A DNA stretch of 64,000 nucleotides from Escherichia coli (GTDB lineage: Bacteria > Pseudomonadota > Gammaproteobacteria > Enterobacterales > Enterobacteriaceae), in NCBI RefSeq assembly GCF_024700885.2, contig NZ_CP117016.1. One strand, written 5' to 3'. The number at the start of each line of letters is the position of its first letter. Position 1 is the stretch's first letter. Shown here in pieces: positions 1 through 12,231 of the stretch. The translations under genes were made by a program, and so were the position numbers. The notes beneath the pieces were generated by a model. It was not told the origin of the DNA. It made no database searches and saw only the letters and a program-made list of their open reading frames with translations.

Positions 1-68
1 GCTCTACAAAGCAAAGAAAGCCGGACGTAACCGCACCGAAGTGGCGGCCTGACGTCCGGCAAAAATCA

Positions 69-878
69 TCAGGATTTGCTGAGTTTTTCTGATTTTTCCA
101 TACACTTCGTCATCGCTTCGATCACTGCGGCACGGAAGCCTTTCTCTTCCAGTACGCGTACCGCCTCAATGGTGGTGCCTCCCGGTGAGCAGACCATATC
201 TTTCAGTGCCCCCGGATGTTCTCCCGTTTCCAGCACCATTTTTGCGGAACCCATGACCGCCTGAGCGGCAAATTTATACGCCTGGGCGCGTGGCATCCCG
301 CCCAGCACGGCGGCGTCGGCCATCGCTTCGATAAACATAAAGACGTAGGCTGGCGAAGAACCGCTCACACCGACCACCGGGTGGATCATCGGCTCAGCAA
401 TTACTTCCGCTTCGCCAAAGCAGCGGAAAATATTCAGCACATCAGCGGTATCTTCTGGGGTTACCAGCGCGTTTGGCGTTACGGAGGTCATCCCGGCATT
501 AACCAGCGCGGGAGTGTTCGGCATGGCGCGGATAATTTTCCGGTCATGGCCCAGCGCGCGGGCAAGCTGGTCGAGTGTGATACCTGCAGCAATAGAAACG
601 ACCAGAGAGTCTTTATTCAGGCTGGAGGTGATTTCGCTAAGCACTTTAATCATGATGCCAGGTTTAACGGCGGCAAAAATGATGTCGGCGATTTGCGCCA
701 CTTCTTGCGCCGATTCTGCGGCGTTGATGCCGAACTGGTCATGCAGGGCGGCGACTTTATCCGGGGAGGGGGTATATACCCAGATTTGCCCTGGAAGCAC
801 CTGACCGCTGGCAATCAGACCGCCGAGAATGGCTTTTCCCATATTGCCGCAGCCAATAAAACCGATTTTCTTTTCCAT
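69..878 (-). CDS. proC: Pyrroline-5-carboxylate reductase
   Basis: ORF translation begins [21 protein letters not shown] (Rossmann NAD(P)-binding motif); start moved to internal ATG at 876-878 within the longer six-frame ORF. Confidence 0.93.
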   Translation of the reverse strand: MEKKIGFIGCGNMGKAILGGLIASGQVLPGQIWVYTPSPDKVAALHDQFGINAAESAQEVAQIADIIFAAVKPGIMIKVLSEITSSLNKDSLVVSIAAGITLDQLARALGHDRKIIRAMPNTPALVNAGMTSVTPNALVTPEDTADVLNIFRCFGEAEVIAEPMIHPVVGVSGSSPAYVFMFIEAMADAAVLGGMPRAQAYKFAAQAVMGSAKMVLETGEHPGALKDMVCSPGGTTIEAVRVLEEKGFRAAVIEAMTKCMEKSEKLSKS

Positions 879-997
879 TGCCTCACTCCTGCCGTGAAAT
901 TCATTGTTTTGATAATCGCTGGCAGAAGCATAAACAGAACTATGCCGGAAGGCAAAAGCGCGACACAATAGAGGATTACCCAACAAAGGATGACTTT

Positions 998-1456
998 ATG
1001 ACAATTTGGGTGGATGCCGACGCGTGTCCCAATGTAATTAAAGAGATTTTGTATCGCGCGGCGGAACGTATGCAGATGCCGCTGGTACTGGTAGCAAACC
1101 AGAGTTTACGCGTGCCGCCATCGCGATTTATTCGTACGCTGCGCGTCGCGGCAGGTTTCGACGTTGCCGATAACGAAATTGTCCGGCAGTGTGAAGCGGG
1201 CGATTTGGTGATCACCGCAGATATTCCTTTGGCTGCTGAAGCCATCGAGAAAGGCGCGGCGGCGCTTAATCCTCGCGGCGAACGTTATACGCCAGCGACC
1301 ATTCGTGAGCGCCTGACGATGCGCGATTTTATGGATACCTTACGTGCCAGTGGGATCCAGACCGGAGGACCAGATAGTCTTTCACAACGTGACCGCCAGG
1401 CCTTTGCCGCGGAGCTGGATAAGTGGTGGCTGGAAGTGCAACGTAGTCGTGGCTAA
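998..1456 (+). CDS. yaiI: UPF0178 family protein YaiI
   Basis: Translation [28 protein letters not shown] at 998 preceded by AAGGA; divergent from proC. Confidence 0.85.
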   Translation: MTIWVDADACPNVIKEILYRAAERMQMPLVLVANQSLRVPPSRFIRTLRVAAGFDVADNEIVRQCEAGDLVITADIPLAAEAIEKGAAALNPRGERYTPATIRERLTMRDFMDTLRASGIQTGGPDSLSQRDRQAFAAELDKWWLEVQRSRG

Positions 1457-1638
1457 ATGTAATTTATTATTTACACTTCATTCTTGAATATTTATTGGTA
1501 TAGTAAGGAGTGTATTGAGATTTTCACTTTAAGTGGAATTTTTTCTTTACAATCGAAATTGTACTAGTTTGATGGTATGATCGCTATTCTCATGATACCG
1601 GCTTTCGCCGCATTGCGACCTATTGGGGAAAACCCACG
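1457..1638 (+). promoter_or_regulatory. aroL promoter/operator region with TyrR-box-like palindrome (TGTAAT-N6-TTTACA, 1458-1475) and CTAG-core TrpR-like operator (GTACTAG, 1561-1567)
   Basis: Palindromes read directly in the sequence; aroL is known to be TyrR and TrpR regulated. Confidence 0.5.
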
Positions 1639-2163
1639 ATGACACAACCTCTTTTTCTGATCGGGCCTCGGGGCTGTGGTAAAACAACGGTCGGAATGGC
1701 CCTTGCCGATTCGCTTAACCGTCGATTTGTCGATACCGACCAGTGGTTGCAATCACAGCTCAATATGACGGTCGCGGAGATCGTCGAAAGGGAAGAGTGG
1801 GCGGGATTCCGCGCCAGAGAAACGGCGGCGCTGGAAGCGGTAACTGCGCCATCCACCGTTATCGCTACAGGCGGCGGCATTATCCTGACGGAATTTAATC
1901 GTCACTTTATGCAAAATAACGGGATCGTGGTTTATTTGTGTGCGCCAGTATCAGTCCTGGTTAACCGACTGCAAGCTGCACCGGAAGAAGATTTACGGCC
2001 AACCTTAACGGGGAAACCGCTGAGCGAAGAAGTTCAGGAAGTGCTGGAAGAACGCGATGCGCTTTATCGCGAAGTTGCGCATATTATCATCGACGCAACA
2101 AACGAACCCAGCCAGGTGATTTCTGAAATTCGCAGTGCCCTGGCACAGACGATCAATTGTTGA
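1639..2163 (+). CDS. aroL: Shikimate kinase II
   Basis: 174 aa, [19 protein letters not shown]alker A motif, shikimate kinase fold. Confidence 0.95.
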
Positions 2164-2203
2164 TTTTCGAGCGCCTATACTTAACGTTCATCCCGTGAAA
2201 TAA

Positions 2204-2404
<201 letters not shown>

Positions 2405-2661
2405 CCGCATCAGACTGCTCGGAAGGGATTCTGAGTGCCACCACAAGGGATCTGCGTCACATTTTTCACAATTCATGTTTTTCAAATAATTAGAATATTA
2501 AACAATAACAATCCATTACTGGAATCATTTGGAATCTTTACATTATGCCGTGTAGGTCTGCTGCTACGCTTTTTGTCATTTGTAGCACAGGTAAGTGTCA
2601 GCAGTGGTGCTTAGCGCTTGCCCGGTAATTAACGACGAAATAAAAGTAAGGTGGAAGAACA

Positions 2662-3339
2662 ATGAGTGCGTCGTTGGCGATCCTGACCATCGGCATTGTA
2701 CCTATGCAGGAAGTTTTGCCGCTCCTGACAGAATACATTGACGAAGATAATATTTCCCATCATAGCCTGCTGGGGAAGTTAAGCCGCGAAGAAGTGATGG
2801 CGGAGTACGCGCCAGAAGCAGGCGAAGACACAATTCTCACATTATTAAATGACAACCATCTGGCCCATGTTTCGCGTCGCAAAGTAGAGCGTGACCTGCA
2901 AGGTGTGGTTGAAGTGCTCGATAATCAGGGCTACGACGTCATTATATTAATGAGTACGGCAAACATTAGTAGTATGACTGCGCGTAATACGATCTTTCTT
3001 GAGCCGTCGCGGATATTGCCACCGCTGGTTTCCTCTATTGTTGAAGATCATCAGGTAGGGGTTATCGTACCGGTTGAGGAGTTGCTGACCGTTCAGGCGC
3101 AAAAATGGCAAATTTTGCAGAAACCGCCGGTATTTTCATTGGGTAACCCCATTCATGATTCAGAACAAAAAATCATTGATGCCGGGAAAGAATTACTGGC
3201 GAAAGGCGCAGATGTCATCATGCTGGATTGTTTGGGATTTAACCAGCGTCATCGCGATTTACTGCAAAAACAGCTCGATGTTCCTGTCTTGCTGTCTAAC
3301 GTATTGATTGCACGGCTGGCTGCGGAATTACTGGTGTAA
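2662..3339 (+). CDS. aroM: AroM family protein
   Basis: 225 aa ORF, RBS AAGGTGGAAG upstream; operon context. Confidence 0.85.
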   Translation: MSASLAILTIGIVPMQEVLPLLTEYIDEDNISHHSLLGKLSREEVMAEYAPEAGEDTILTLLNDNHLAHVSRRKVERDLQGVVEVLDNQGYDVIILMSTANISSMTARNTIFLEPSRILPPLVSSIVEDHQVGVIVPVEELLTVQAQKWQILQKPPVFSLGNPIHDSEQKIIDAGKELLAKGADVIMLDCLGFNQRHRDLLQKQLDVPVLLSNVLIARLAAELLV

Positions 3340-3410
3340 TTTTGCGTGACAGCCAGCGCCTCTGGCCCCTATAGTGAAGTAGATGTTCAACTACCAGACA
3401 GGGCCAGTTT

Positions 3411-3695
3411 ATGCTTCAAAGTAATGAGTACTTTTCCGGCAAAGTGAAATCGATCGGCTTTTCCAGCAGCAGCACTGGTCGCGCCAGCGTGGGGGTTATG
3501 GTTGAAGGCGAATACACCTTCAGCACCGCTGAGCCTGAAGAGATGACGGTAATCAGTGGCGCGCTGAATGTGTTACTGCCTGACGCGACCGACTGGCAAG
3601 TGTATGAAGCCGGTTCGGTGTTTAATGTTCCCGGTCACAGTGAGTTTCATCTGCAAGTTGCCGAACCCACCTCTTATCTGTGCCGCTATCTGTAA
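3411..3695 (+). CDS. ppnP: Pyrimidine/purine nucleoside phosphorylase PpnP (YaiE)
   Basis: 94 aa cupin-like [20 protein letters not shown]. Confidence 0.85.
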
Positions 3696-3902
3696 TTCCT
3701 CGCCTTCCCCTTGAACGGGAGGGCATTTTTCTGAAATGTCCTCTCTTTAACCCATAATAATATTTCCTTTGCTGGGATTTTTTCGATTTCCGATATATTC
3801 ATAATTCATCAAGGTTGATATAAATATCAGCGAAGATCTCCAGATATTTTTGCGGAACTGGCCACGATAAAAGATAAATCAGATGATGAATGGTGGCGTG
3901 CA

Positions 3903-4232
3903 TTGCTGCAAAGTCGCAATGATCATTTGCGCCAAACGGCATTGCGCAACGCACATACCCCGGCGTCTTTGTTAACGACATTGACTGAGCCTCAGGATCG
4001 GGCGTTGGTTATTAATAATCCACAGTTGGCTGCCGATGTGAAAACGACGTGGTTAAAAGAGGATCCATCATTACTCTTATTTGTCGATCAACCCGATCTT
4101 TCGCTGTTACGTGATTTAGTGAAAACAGGGGCAACGCGGAAAATTCGCAGTGAAGCGCGTCACCGGCTTGAGGAAAAACAAAAAACGCATAATATTGCTG
4201 CGCTAAAAATTATTGCCCGCCGTAGCGAATAA
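3903..4232 (+). CDS. ykiA: Hypothetical protein (ykiA-like); start uncertain, TTG at 3903, no in-frame ATG upstream
   Basis: 109 aa ORF in an AT-rich patch; open frame extends upstream to 3819 without ATG. Confidence 0.35.
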   Translation: MLQSRNDHLRQTALRNAHTPASLLTTLTEPQDRALVINNPQLAADVKTTWLKEDPSLLLFVDQPDLSLLRDLVKTGATRKIRSEARHRLEEKQKTHNIAALKIIARRSE

Positions 4233-4257
4233 TTATATGCCTGGTGTAGCTTCGTAC

Positions 4258-4290
4258 GCCGGATAAGACGCGGCAGGCGTCGCATCCGGC
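4258..4290. repeat. REP (repetitive extragenic palindrome) element
   Basis: GCCGGATAAGACGC...GCGTCGCATCCGGC imperfect palindrome between convergent ykiA and rdgC. Confidence 0.6.
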
Positions 4291-4309
4291 ATTAAAGGAA
4301 AATCAGCAA

Positions 4310-5221
4310 TTAACGTTGTGCTTCGCCACCTAATCCTTCAATCAGGTTTTGAATTAACGCTGCCAGTTCACCAGTCATCAGGATGAAATCGGCATCAAAG
4401 CGCTGGGCGAAATCTTCACGGTCGATATCTTCGTTTTGATCGCGCAACTCGTCGCAGAACTTCAGACGCTTGAGCGAACCATCGTCGCACATCACAAACT
4501 GAATGCGCTGCTGCCAGTCGAGCGCCAGTTTAGTCACCACTTTTCCGGCTTCGATGTGATTGGTGATCTCTTCGCTGGTCAGATCTTGTTTCTTCGCGCG
4601 GATCACTCCACCATCTTCCAGCAGCGATTTCAGCTCGGCTTCATCAAGCAGCTGGAAGCCCTGTGCCGCGCTGCCGGAGCGTACCCATTCGGTCAGCGTC
4701 AGTTCAATCGGGTTTTCCATGCTCAATGGTACAACCGGTAACGACCCCAGGCTTTTACGCAGTAATGCCAGCGTATCTTCCGCTTTTTTGGCACTGGCGC
4801 AGTCCACCATAATCAAACCATTAACCGTGTCGATCCACATCATTGTCTGGCTAAAACGGCTGAAAGCACGCGGCAGCAGAGAGTGCAGCACTTCGTCTTT
4901 CAGCGAATCTTTTTCGGTTTTCTTCAGCTTACGCGCCTGTTCCGCTTCCAGTTTGGCGATTTTCGCTTCCAGCGCCTGTTTAATCACCGGAGACGGGAGG
5001 ATTTTTTCTTCTTTGCGCGCGCAGATAACAATTTGACCATTGGCAACGTGCGTTAACGCATCGCTGTGCGATCCCATCGGAGGAACCCAGCCCATCTTCG
5101 CCATGTCCTGGCTGCCGCATGGGGTAAATGCCATCGAGGCTAGCTGTTTTTCCATCTCTTCTGCACGCAACGAAATCTCGCGGCTAAGACGGTAAACCAT
5201 TAAATTTTTGAACCACAGCAT
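4310..5221 (-). CDS. rdgC: Recombination-associated protein RdgC
   Basis: Translation [16 protein letters not shown]...; start moved to internal ATG (303 aa). Confidence 0.92.
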
Positions 5222-5345
5222 GATAATTTCCACGGCCTTGTCGTTAAATTTAGCGGGCATGATAACGAATTGTCGGCGGCCTTGCATTGCCAATCCAGTT
5301 GTCCGTCTCTACGCTATTGATATTGAAAAAAATAAGGAGAGTACC

Positions 5346-6254
5346 GTGCGTATAGGTATCGATTTAGGCGGCACCAAAACTGAAGTGATTGCACTGGGCG
5401 ATGCAGGGGAGCAGTTGTACCGCCATCGTCTGCCCACGCCGCGTGATGATTACCGCCAGACCATTGAAACGATCGCCACGCTGGTTGATATGGCGGAGCA
5501 GGCGACAGGGCAGCGCGGAACAGTGGGGATGGGCATTCCTGGCTCAATTTCGCCTTACACCGGCGTGGTGAAGAATGCCAATTCAACCTGGCTCAACGGT
5601 CAGCCATTCGATAAAGACTTAAGCGCGCGGTTGCAGCGGGAAGTGCGGCTGGCAAATGACGCCAACTGTCTGGCGGTTTCAGAAGCGGTAGATGGCGCGG
5701 CAGCGGGAGCGCAGACGGTATTTGCCGTGATTATCGGCACGGGATGCGGCGCGGGCGTGGCATTCAATGGGCGGGCGCATATCGGCGGCAATGGCACGGC
5801 AGGTGAGTGGGGACACAATCCGCTACCGTGGATGGACGAAGACGAACTGCGTTATCGCGAGGAAGTCCCTTGTTATTGCGGTAAACAAGGTTGTATTGAA
5901 ACCTTTATTTCGGGCACGGGATTCGCGACGGATTATCATCGTTTGAGCGGACATGCGCTGAAAGGCAGTGAAATTATCCGCCTGGTTGAAGAAAGCGATC
6001 CGGTAGCGGAACTGGCATTGCGTCGCTACGAGCTGCGGCTGGCAAAATCGCTGGCACATGTCGTGAATATTCTCGATCCGGATGTGATTGTGCTGGGGGG
6101 CGGGATGAGCAATGTAGACCGTTTATATCAAACGGTTCCGCAGTTGATTAAACAATTTGTCTTCGGCGGCGAATGTGAAACGCCGGTGCGTAAGGCGAAG
6201 CACGGTGATTCCAGCGGCGTACGCGGCGCTGCGTGGTTATGGCCACAAGAGTAA
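5346..6254 (+). CDS. mak: Fructokinase/mannokinase (ROK family)
   Basis: [17 protein letters not shown] sugar kinase N-terminus, GTG start at 5346 preceded by AAGGAGA; CxCGxxGC zinc motif (CYCGKQGC). Confidence 0.9.
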   Translation: MRIGIDLGGTKTEVIALGDAGEQLYRHRLPTPRDDYRQTIETIATLVDMAEQATGQRGTVGMGIPGSISPYTGVVKNANSTWLNGQPFDKDLSARLQREVRLANDANCLAVSEAVDGAAAGAQTVFAVIIGTGCGAGVAFNGRAHIGGNGTAGEWGHNPLPWMDEDELRYREEVPCYCGKQGCIETFISGTGFATDYHRLSGHALKGSEIIRLVEESDPVAELALRRYELRLAKSLAHVVNILDPDVIVLGGGMSNVDRLYQTVPQLIKQFVFGGECETPVRKAKHGDSSGVRGAAWLWPQE

Positions 6255-6279
6255 AAAACGTAGGCAATTGGCGCATCAT

Positions 6280-6362
6280 GCCTGATGCGATGCCGCGTCT
6301 TATCAGGCCTGCAAAATGTGCCGGAACCGCAGGCCGATAACGCGTTCACGCCTCATCCGGCA
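6280..6362. repeat. BIME: two inverted REP elements
   Basis: GCCTGATGCGATGCCGCGTCTTATCAGGCCTGC followed by inverted GCCGGATGAGGCGTGAACGCGTTATCGGCCTGC copy between mak and araJ. Confidence 0.6.
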
Positions 6363-6389
6363 ATAAGCAACGCGCACCGTGACAGTAAT

Positions 6390-7574
6390 CTACCCCAGTG
6401 GTTTCGCCAGCACCGGACTATCCGCCGCTTGCTGGCGTTTATAGCGACCATACAGCAGCAACGACGACATCGCAGCAAACGAAAGCAGGGCGGCAGGCAG
6501 CGCCACGTAATTATATGCCAGCCCCAGCGTCAGCATCATACCACCGCAATATGCGCCGACGGCGCTACCGAGGTTAAACGCTATTTGCCCACCTGCGGCA
6601 CCTAATAACTCTCCGCCTTTGGCATTTTGCAGTAACAATATTTGCAGTGGTGCTGAAAGGGCAAATAATCCCGCGCAACAAATAAATGCAAAAATAAGCG
6701 ACGTTGTTTTCATGCCGCCGAAGAAAAAGAGCATCAGCAGTGCCAGCACAATAATAAAGTCAGTTACTGCCGCAATGCGCAGTGGTGAATAACGTCCTGA
6801 AATCCGGCCACTTAGCACATTCCCCAGCACCATCCCTAGCCCAACTAACATCATAATAAAAGTCATCGCCGTTTCCGAAAAACCGGAAATAAACATCATG
6901 TATGGCTTTACGTAGCTGAACCAGGCAAACACACCTGCGTTGCCAAACATGGTGGCGGCGAAAATTAACCACGGGGCCGGGCTGCGCAAAAAGTGAAATT
7001 GTTCGCGTAGCTTTCCTTTCGCCTCGTCGCGAATATCCGGCACCCAAAAATAGACCGATGCCATCACCGCAATATTAAAAACAGCGATCAATAAAAAGGT
7101 GTAACGCCAGCTAAATTCCTGACTTAAATACGTTCCCAGCGGAATGCCCAGCAAATTGGCGACTGTCATCCCGGAAACCATCCCCGCCACGGCGGCGGTG
7201 ACTTTGCCGGGTTTGATAATTTTTGATAACACGATCGCTCCGACGCCAAAAAATGCACCATGCGGAAAGCCGGAAACCAGCCGACCAATGGCGAGCATCA
7301 GGTAAGACGAAGAGAGCGTGAACATGGCGTTGCCAATGACGCACAACGCCACCAGAAACAACAAGATATGTTTGAGTGAGTAGTGGCTGGAAAAGAGTGC
7401 GATGATTGGCGCACCGACCACCACCCCCAGCGCATAATACGAGATCATATGTCCGGCAGCAGGAATCGAAATTCCTACGTTATGCGCCAGCTCCGTGAGC
7501 ACGCCCATAATGCCAAATTCGGCCATCCCCAAACCAAACGTGCCCAGAGCCAAAGATAAAATGACTTTTTTCAT
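6390..7574 (-). CDS. araJ: MFS transporter AraJ
   Basis: Translation MKKVILSLALGTFGLGMAEFGIMGV, 12-TM MFS; start moved to internal ATG. Confidence 0.9.
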   Translation of the reverse strand: MKKVILSLALGTFGLGMAEFGIMGVLTELAHNVGISIPAAGHMISYYALGVVVGAPIIALFSSHYSLKHILLFLVALCVIGNAMFTLSSSYLMLAIGRLVSGFPHGAFFGVGAIVLSKIIKPGKVTAAVAGMVSGMTVANLLGIPLGTYLSQEFSWRYTFLLIAVFNIAVMASVYFWVPDIRDEAKGKLREQFHFLRSPAPWLIFAATMFGNAGVFAWFSYVKPYMMFISGFSETAMTFIMMLVGLGMVLGNVLSGRISGRYSPLRIAAVTDFIIVLALLMLFFFGGMKTTSLIFAFICCAGLFALSAPLQILLLQNAKGGELLGAAGGQIAFNLGSAVGAYCGGMMLTLGLAYNYVALPAALLSFAAMSSLLLYGRYKRQQAADSPVLAKPLG

Positions 7575-7699
7575 ACCACCATCACAACCACCAGAACGGC
7601 TACCAATCACCGTAGCCAATAAAGTGATAGCTTGCAGGATAACGACCAGCAAGGCCAAGAGATAATTCGCCCCTCTGTATTCATTATCCTGCTGAATAG

Positions 7700-10600
7700 T
7701 TATTTCACTGCAAACGCACTTTCCAGTTTGCTGTAGCCCAGGCCGTTGATCTTCTTCACTTTGATCTGCACCGGAATACGCTCTTTCATCGCTTCAACGT
7801 GGCTAATCACACCGATGGTTTTGCCACTGGCATTCAGGGCATCCAGCGCATCAAGGGCGGTATCCAGCGTTTCGCTATCCAGCGTGCCAAAACCTTCATC
7901 GAGGAACAGCGAATCAATACGCGTTTTATGGCTGACCAGATCTGAAAGCGCCAGTGCCAGCGCCAGACTGACGAGGAAACTCTCGCCACCGGAAAGGGTA
8001 CGGGTATCGCGTACCGCATCTGCCTGCCAGGTATCAACAACCTCGACTTCCAGCGCCTCGCTGGCTTTGCGCTGTAACAGATAGCGCCCGTGCAGCCGGG
8101 TAAGTTGCTGATTAGCGAGATGGACTAAATTATCCAGCGTCAGTCCCTGGGCAAACTTGCGGAATTTATCGCCCTCTTTGGAACCTATTAGCGAATTCAG
8201 ATATCCCCAGTCCTCAACCTGCTGCGTCATTTGAGCAATTTGCTGCATTAAGGTTTGTTGTTGCTGACGGTTGTCTGCATCCTGCTTCAGCTGCTGGCGA
8301 ATCTCGCCCTGACTGGTGGTGTTTTCACGCAACTTTTGGTGAGTTTGCGCTAACTCTTGCTGAATCTGCTCCACCGTTACAGTGAGAGCCAACCCGTCAG
8401 GTCGGTGTTGCTGATGCTGTGCCAGCGTTTCTGCTGTCTGAGTGACCAGTGTTTGCACCTGACGGCGCTGGTTTTCCAGATTCTGCTTGAGCTGTTCCAG
8501 TTGCGTTAGTGTTTGTTCATCCATTAGCGCCGCAAGGAACGCCTGCTGATCGTCAAAGATGCTGGCCTGTAGCGCGGTGTCAAACTGCGCCTGGGCTTTT
8601 TGCAGACTTTGCGCCGCCAGAACGTCCTGTTGCTGTAACGTCTGCTGCTGGCTGTGTAATGCGAGACATTGTTCATGAACCTGCCGCCAGTTTTCCAGTA
8701 CCACAGTTTCTTCGCTGTGCGGGAGTTCATCACTTTGCGGCAACGTTTCCAGAATCGGCGTCAGCTGCTGCATACGGTTTTGCAGCGCGGTTAATTCGTT
8801 CTGGCGTTGCTGCCACCTCTGCGCTTCTTGCTGACGTGTCGCCAACCAGCTCTCTTCTTCATCTTCCTGTGGCAATGTCAGTGCATAACCCGCCAATGCC
8901 GTTAAGAGTTGCTGCTGGCGTTGTTCAATTTGCTGTTGATACTGAATAATTTGCTGATTATGCGCGGCAATCTGCCCTTGTAATTCATGCCGTTGGCTGA
9001 GTAACCGCAGCTGGCGTTCGTGCTCATCTTGTGCATCCAGCCACGGTTGAATATCGTCCTGTGGCTGCAAGGTGATATTGAGGCTGGCCGTGACGGCTTG
9101 CCATTGTTGAGTAAGTGCTTGCTCATCTTGTCGGAGGCTTTGCGCTTCGTTTTCATCACGCTGAAGTTGCTTTGTTAAGGCGTCCAGTTGCCCACGTAGC
9201 GTCGCACCTTCTTCACCGAGCTTTTTAACTTCGTTTTCCAGCGCCAGTAATCGAGACTGATTAACGCCAGGCTCCAGCGCCTGATACGCCTCGACCGCCG
9301 GGTGGCTGGTGGAACCACAAAGAGGACAAGGCTGACCCGCCTGTAACTGTGCACGCTGGGCTTCCAGCGTTTTGATGCGCGCTTCCTGCTCGCAAATGGT
9401 TTTCACATCGGCAAGTTGCTGCGTCTTTTCTTTATAACGCTGGCGCATTTCGTTAAGTGCGGCGTTACGTTGCGTCTGTTCTTGCGTGACATTCTGGATA
9501 GTGACCTGTAATTGCGCCAGGCGTTTTTGTTGGGGAACAATCTGTCCATGCAGCGCGACCAGGCGCTGACGCAGCGTGCGTTGCTCAGCATGTTGCGCCA
9601 GGGCGGTAGCAACTTCATCGGCGGTTAACGTCAACGTGATCGCCGCAAGCGCATTAAGTTTTTGCTCAGCATGGGTTAACTGTTGCTGCCATTGCCGCAG
9701 ATGCTCGCGATCGCTGGTTTGTTGGGAGAACTGCGCACGCCAACCCGCCAGTTCGTTGTTCCACTGACGGAAGCGGTCGTGTTCCTGTAACCAGGCATTC
9801 AGGCTTTGTTGCTGCTGCTGTAATTCTGCAGACTGCTTCGCCGCGTGGTGGCGAATGCTCGCCCGAAGCGCCATTGTGCTCTGTAAGCGAGTATTTACTT
9901 CTTCAATCTGCTGGCGAGTATGCGCCAGCGCCGCGCTGTGTTCTGCGATGCGTTCCCAGTGTGGACGAAGATTTCGTGCCGGTTGTGCCAGACTGAGCGC
10001 CGCCAGTTGAGGTTGCGCTTTTTCTTCTTCGGCTAACGCCTGTTGCAAGGCCTGTTGACGGCGGCTGGCTTCTTGCTGCAATTCGTCCAGACGCGTTAAC
10101 CAGTTTAGTGATTGTTGTTCTTGCTGCTGCGCGGTAAGTAACTGTTTTTCTTCGTCAGTAAGTACCTGCAAACTCGCTGTCAGCGATTGCACTTGTTCTG
10201 GCGTGAGCAACGCGACGCCGCTGGCCTGCGCTTGCAGCTTCTCCAGCTCTGTGCGGGCCGATTTGTGCTGCTCAAAAACCATCGCCGAGATTTGCCCGTA
10301 GATTTCAGTGCCGGTTAACTCCTCGAGCAATTCCGCGCGTTCTTTTGGTTTGGCATTCAGGAAGGCAGCAAATTGCCCCTGCGAAAGCAGCATCGAACGG
10401 GTGAAGCGCCCGTAATCCAGTCCGGTTAACGTCGCCGTCAGTTCCAGCTTATCTTTCACTTTGTCGGCGAGAATTTTGCCGTCGGCGCAGCGCGCCAGCT
10501 CTACGCGTGGCACCTGCAAATTACCGTCGGGCTGGTTACGCGCCCGATTCTGGCTCCAGAACGCGCGATACGCTTCACCTTTGACTTCAAACTCCACTTC

Positions 10601-10843
10601 CGCCAGACATTCGGCGGTATCGCGGGTCATGAGATCATTTTGCGATTGTGAAACGTTAGAAAGGCGCGGAGTTTCGTGATACAGCGCCAGACAAATGGCG
10701 TCCAGCAGGGTGGTTTTCCCCGCACCGGTTGGGCCGGTAATGGCAAACAGCCCGTTGCTGGCGAACGGCTCGCGGGTGAAATCAATCTTCCATTCGCCTT
10801 TTAATGAGTTCAGGTTTTTCAGGCGCAGGCTGAGAATTTTCAT
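7700..10843 (-). CDS. sbcC: SbcCD nuclease ATPase subunit SbcC
   Basis: About 1047 aa, N-terminal Walker A (GPTGAGKTT), long Q-rich coiled coil with CPLCG zinc hook, C-terminal LSGGE signature. Confidence 0.95.
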   Translation of the reverse strand: MKILSLRLKNLNSLKGEWKIDFTREPFASNGLFAITGPTGAGKTTLLDAICLALYHETPRLSNVSQSQNDLMTRDTAECLAEVEFEVKGEAYRAFWSQNRARNQPDGNLQVPRVELARCADGKILADKVKDKLELTATLTGLDYGRFTRSMLLSQGQFAAFLNAKPKERAELLEELTGTEIYGQISAMVFEQHKSARTELEKLQAQASGVALLTPEQVQSLTASLQVLTDEEKQLLTAQQQEQQSLNWLTRLDELQQEASRRQQALQQALAEEEKAQPQLAALSLAQPARNLRPHWERIAEHSAALAHTRQQIEEVNTRLQSTMALRASIRHHAAKQSAELQQQQQSLNAWLQEHDRFRQWNNELAGWRAQFSQQTSDREHLRQWQQQLTHAEQKLNALAAITLTLTADEVATALAQHAEQRTLRQRLVALHGQIVPQQKRLAQLQVTIQNVTQEQTQRNAALNEMRQRYKEKTQQLADVKTICEQEARIKTLEAQRAQLQAGQPCPLCGSTSHPAVEAYQALEPGVNQSRLLALENEVKKLGEEGATLRGQLDALTKQLQRDENEAQSLRQDEQALTQQWQAVTASLNITLQPQDDIQPWLDAQDEHERQLRLLSQRHELQGQIAAHNQQIIQYQQQIEQRQQQLLTALAGYALTLPQEDEEESWLATRQQEAQRWQQRQNELTALQNRMQQLTPILETLPQSDELPHSEETVVLENWRQVHEQCLALHSQQQTLQQQDVLAAQSLQKAQAQFDTALQASIFDDQQAFLAALMDEQTLTQLEQLKQNLENQRRQVQTLVTQTAETLAQHQQHRPDGLALTVTVEQIQQELAQTHQKLRENTTSQGEIRQQLKQDADNRQQQQTLMQQIAQMTQQVEDWGYLNSLIGSKEGDKFRKFAQGLTLDNLVHLANQQLTRLHGRYLLQRKASEALEVEVVDTWQADAVRDTRTLSGGESFLVSLALALALSDLVSHKTRIDSLFLDEGFGTLDSETLDTALDALDALNASGKTIGVISHVEAMKERIPVQIKVKKINGLGYSKLESAFAVK

Positions 10844-12042
10844 GCTTCGTGTTCTCCTGCGAGGGTATGCAATGTCGTGGCGAAAAGATGCTGCAGACGT
10901 TGCTGCTGCGATTCATCCAGTTCTTCCAGTGCCAGACGGCGATTGAACACCTCTTCGACGCTGAGTTCGCTGAGGGTTTCACGCTGTTGGCTGGCTAACA
11001 CTCGCTCGCGCTGTTCACGACTCCGGCGTACCAGCAATACTTCGACAGGTAATGATTCGGTTAATGCCTGGATTTTGCGCTGAATATCATGCAGATACTC
11101 ATCAGTAGTGATTTCGATATCCAGCCAGACAGGTGGCTCCTGTGATACATCGCGCCACTGTTCCAGCTGTTCGGTAATCGACGCCAGATCGCCTTTCAGC
11201 ACCGCCATGGGTTGCGTTACCGGTACGTTCAGGTTTTCCACGCTCTCTAATTTGCCGTTTGAAAATGTCACTAGATGGACATATTTACTCTTACCGCATT
11301 CATCAAAACTCAGTGGAATGGGGGAACCGCAATAGCGAACATGTTCCATGCCGCCAATAATCTGTGCGCGGTGAATATGCCCGAGCGCGATGTAGTCGGC
11401 TGGTGGAAAGTTTTGTGCCGGAAACGCGTCCAGCGTGCCAATATAGATGTCACGCACGGCGTCACTTTTACTGGCACCCACGGTCGTTAAGTGTCCCGTG
11501 GCGATGATGGGCAGAGGCTGATCGCCGCGCAGTTTGCAGGCATCGGCATAGTGTTGTTGGTAATAATCGGTAATAGCTGCCAGCAAATGCTGCTGTTTTT
11601 CAATACTGTTAAGCCCCGCCTGGCTGGTAATAATGTCACGCGGACGTAAAAACGGAATAGGGCACAGCACTGCGCCTGGCGTCCCGTCGCGACGAGGCAA
11701 GATTTGCGGCGCATGTCCGGCGCTGGCGACCACGGTCGTATTGAGGAACGCCATGATATCGCGCGATTCATTCAGCGTGGCGACCGAGTCATGGTTTCCT
11801 GCCAGTACCACCAGATGACAGCCAGTTTGCTGTAAATTGACAACAAAACGGTTGTATAACGTGCGGGCGTAACTGGGGGGCGAGCCGGTATCGAAAACAT
11901 CACCGGCAACAATAATCGCATCCACCTGATGGGTTTGTGCTGTCTCCAGCAGCCAGTCAAGAAAAGCCTGATGTTCAGCTTCGCGGCTTTTACTGTAGAA
12001 GTTCTGGCCGAGATGCCAGTCTGAGGTGTGAAGGATGCGCAT
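10840..12042 (-). CDS. sbcD: SbcCD nuclease subunit SbcD (Mre11-like phosphoesterase)
   Basis: [13 protein letters not shown] metallophosphatase motif; 4-nt overlap with sbcC. Confidence 0.95.
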   Translation of the reverse strand: MRILHTSDWHLGQNFYSKSREAEHQAFLDWLLETAQTHQVDAIIVAGDVFDTGSPPSYARTLYNRFVVNLQQTGCHLVVLAGNHDSVATLNESRDIMAFLNTTVVASAGHAPQILPRRDGTPGAVLCPIPFLRPRDIITSQAGLNSIEKQQHLLAAITDYYQQHYADACKLRGDQPLPIIATGHLTTVGASKSDAVRDIYIGTLDAFPAQNFPPADYIALGHIHRAQIIGGMEHVRYCGSPIPLSFDECGKSKYVHLVTFSNGKLESVENLNVPVTQPMAVLKGDLASITEQLEQWRDVSQEPPVWLDIEITTDEYLHDIQRKIQALTESLPVEVLLVRRSREQRERVLASQQRETLSELSVEEVFNRRLALEELDESQQQRLQHLFATTLHTLAGEHEA

Positions 12043-12150
12043 AACGGTTCCCTGGCGAAAAAGCATGGGCGCGATTATACCCAAACAGATGTGCCATTTG
12101 CTTTTTTCTGCGCCACGGAAATCAATAACCTGAAGATATGTGCGACGAGC

Positions 12151-12177
12151 TTTTCATAAATCTGTCATAAATCTGAC
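12151..12177 (+). promoter_or_regulatory. Pho box (PhoB binding site) in phoB promoter
   Basis: TTTTCATAAATCTGTCATAAATCTGAC, tandem CTGTCAT-like repeats about 55 bp upstream of phoB. Confidence 0.7.
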
Positions 12178-12231
12178 GCATAATGACGTCGCATTAATGA
12201 TCGCAACCTATTTATTACAACAGGGCAAATC

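Noticed and set aside
216-1245. N-terminal extensions in the six-frame track for many genes (proC, yaiI, rdgC, mak, araJ, sbcD, acpH, yajC, secF, tsx, yajI, ribH, pgpA, yajL, yajQ, yajR, cyoE, cyoD, yajG, bolA, lon)
   Set aside because: The maximal ORFs begin upstream of the biologically supported start; starts were re-placed at internal ATG/GTG codons matching known N-termini and RBS positions
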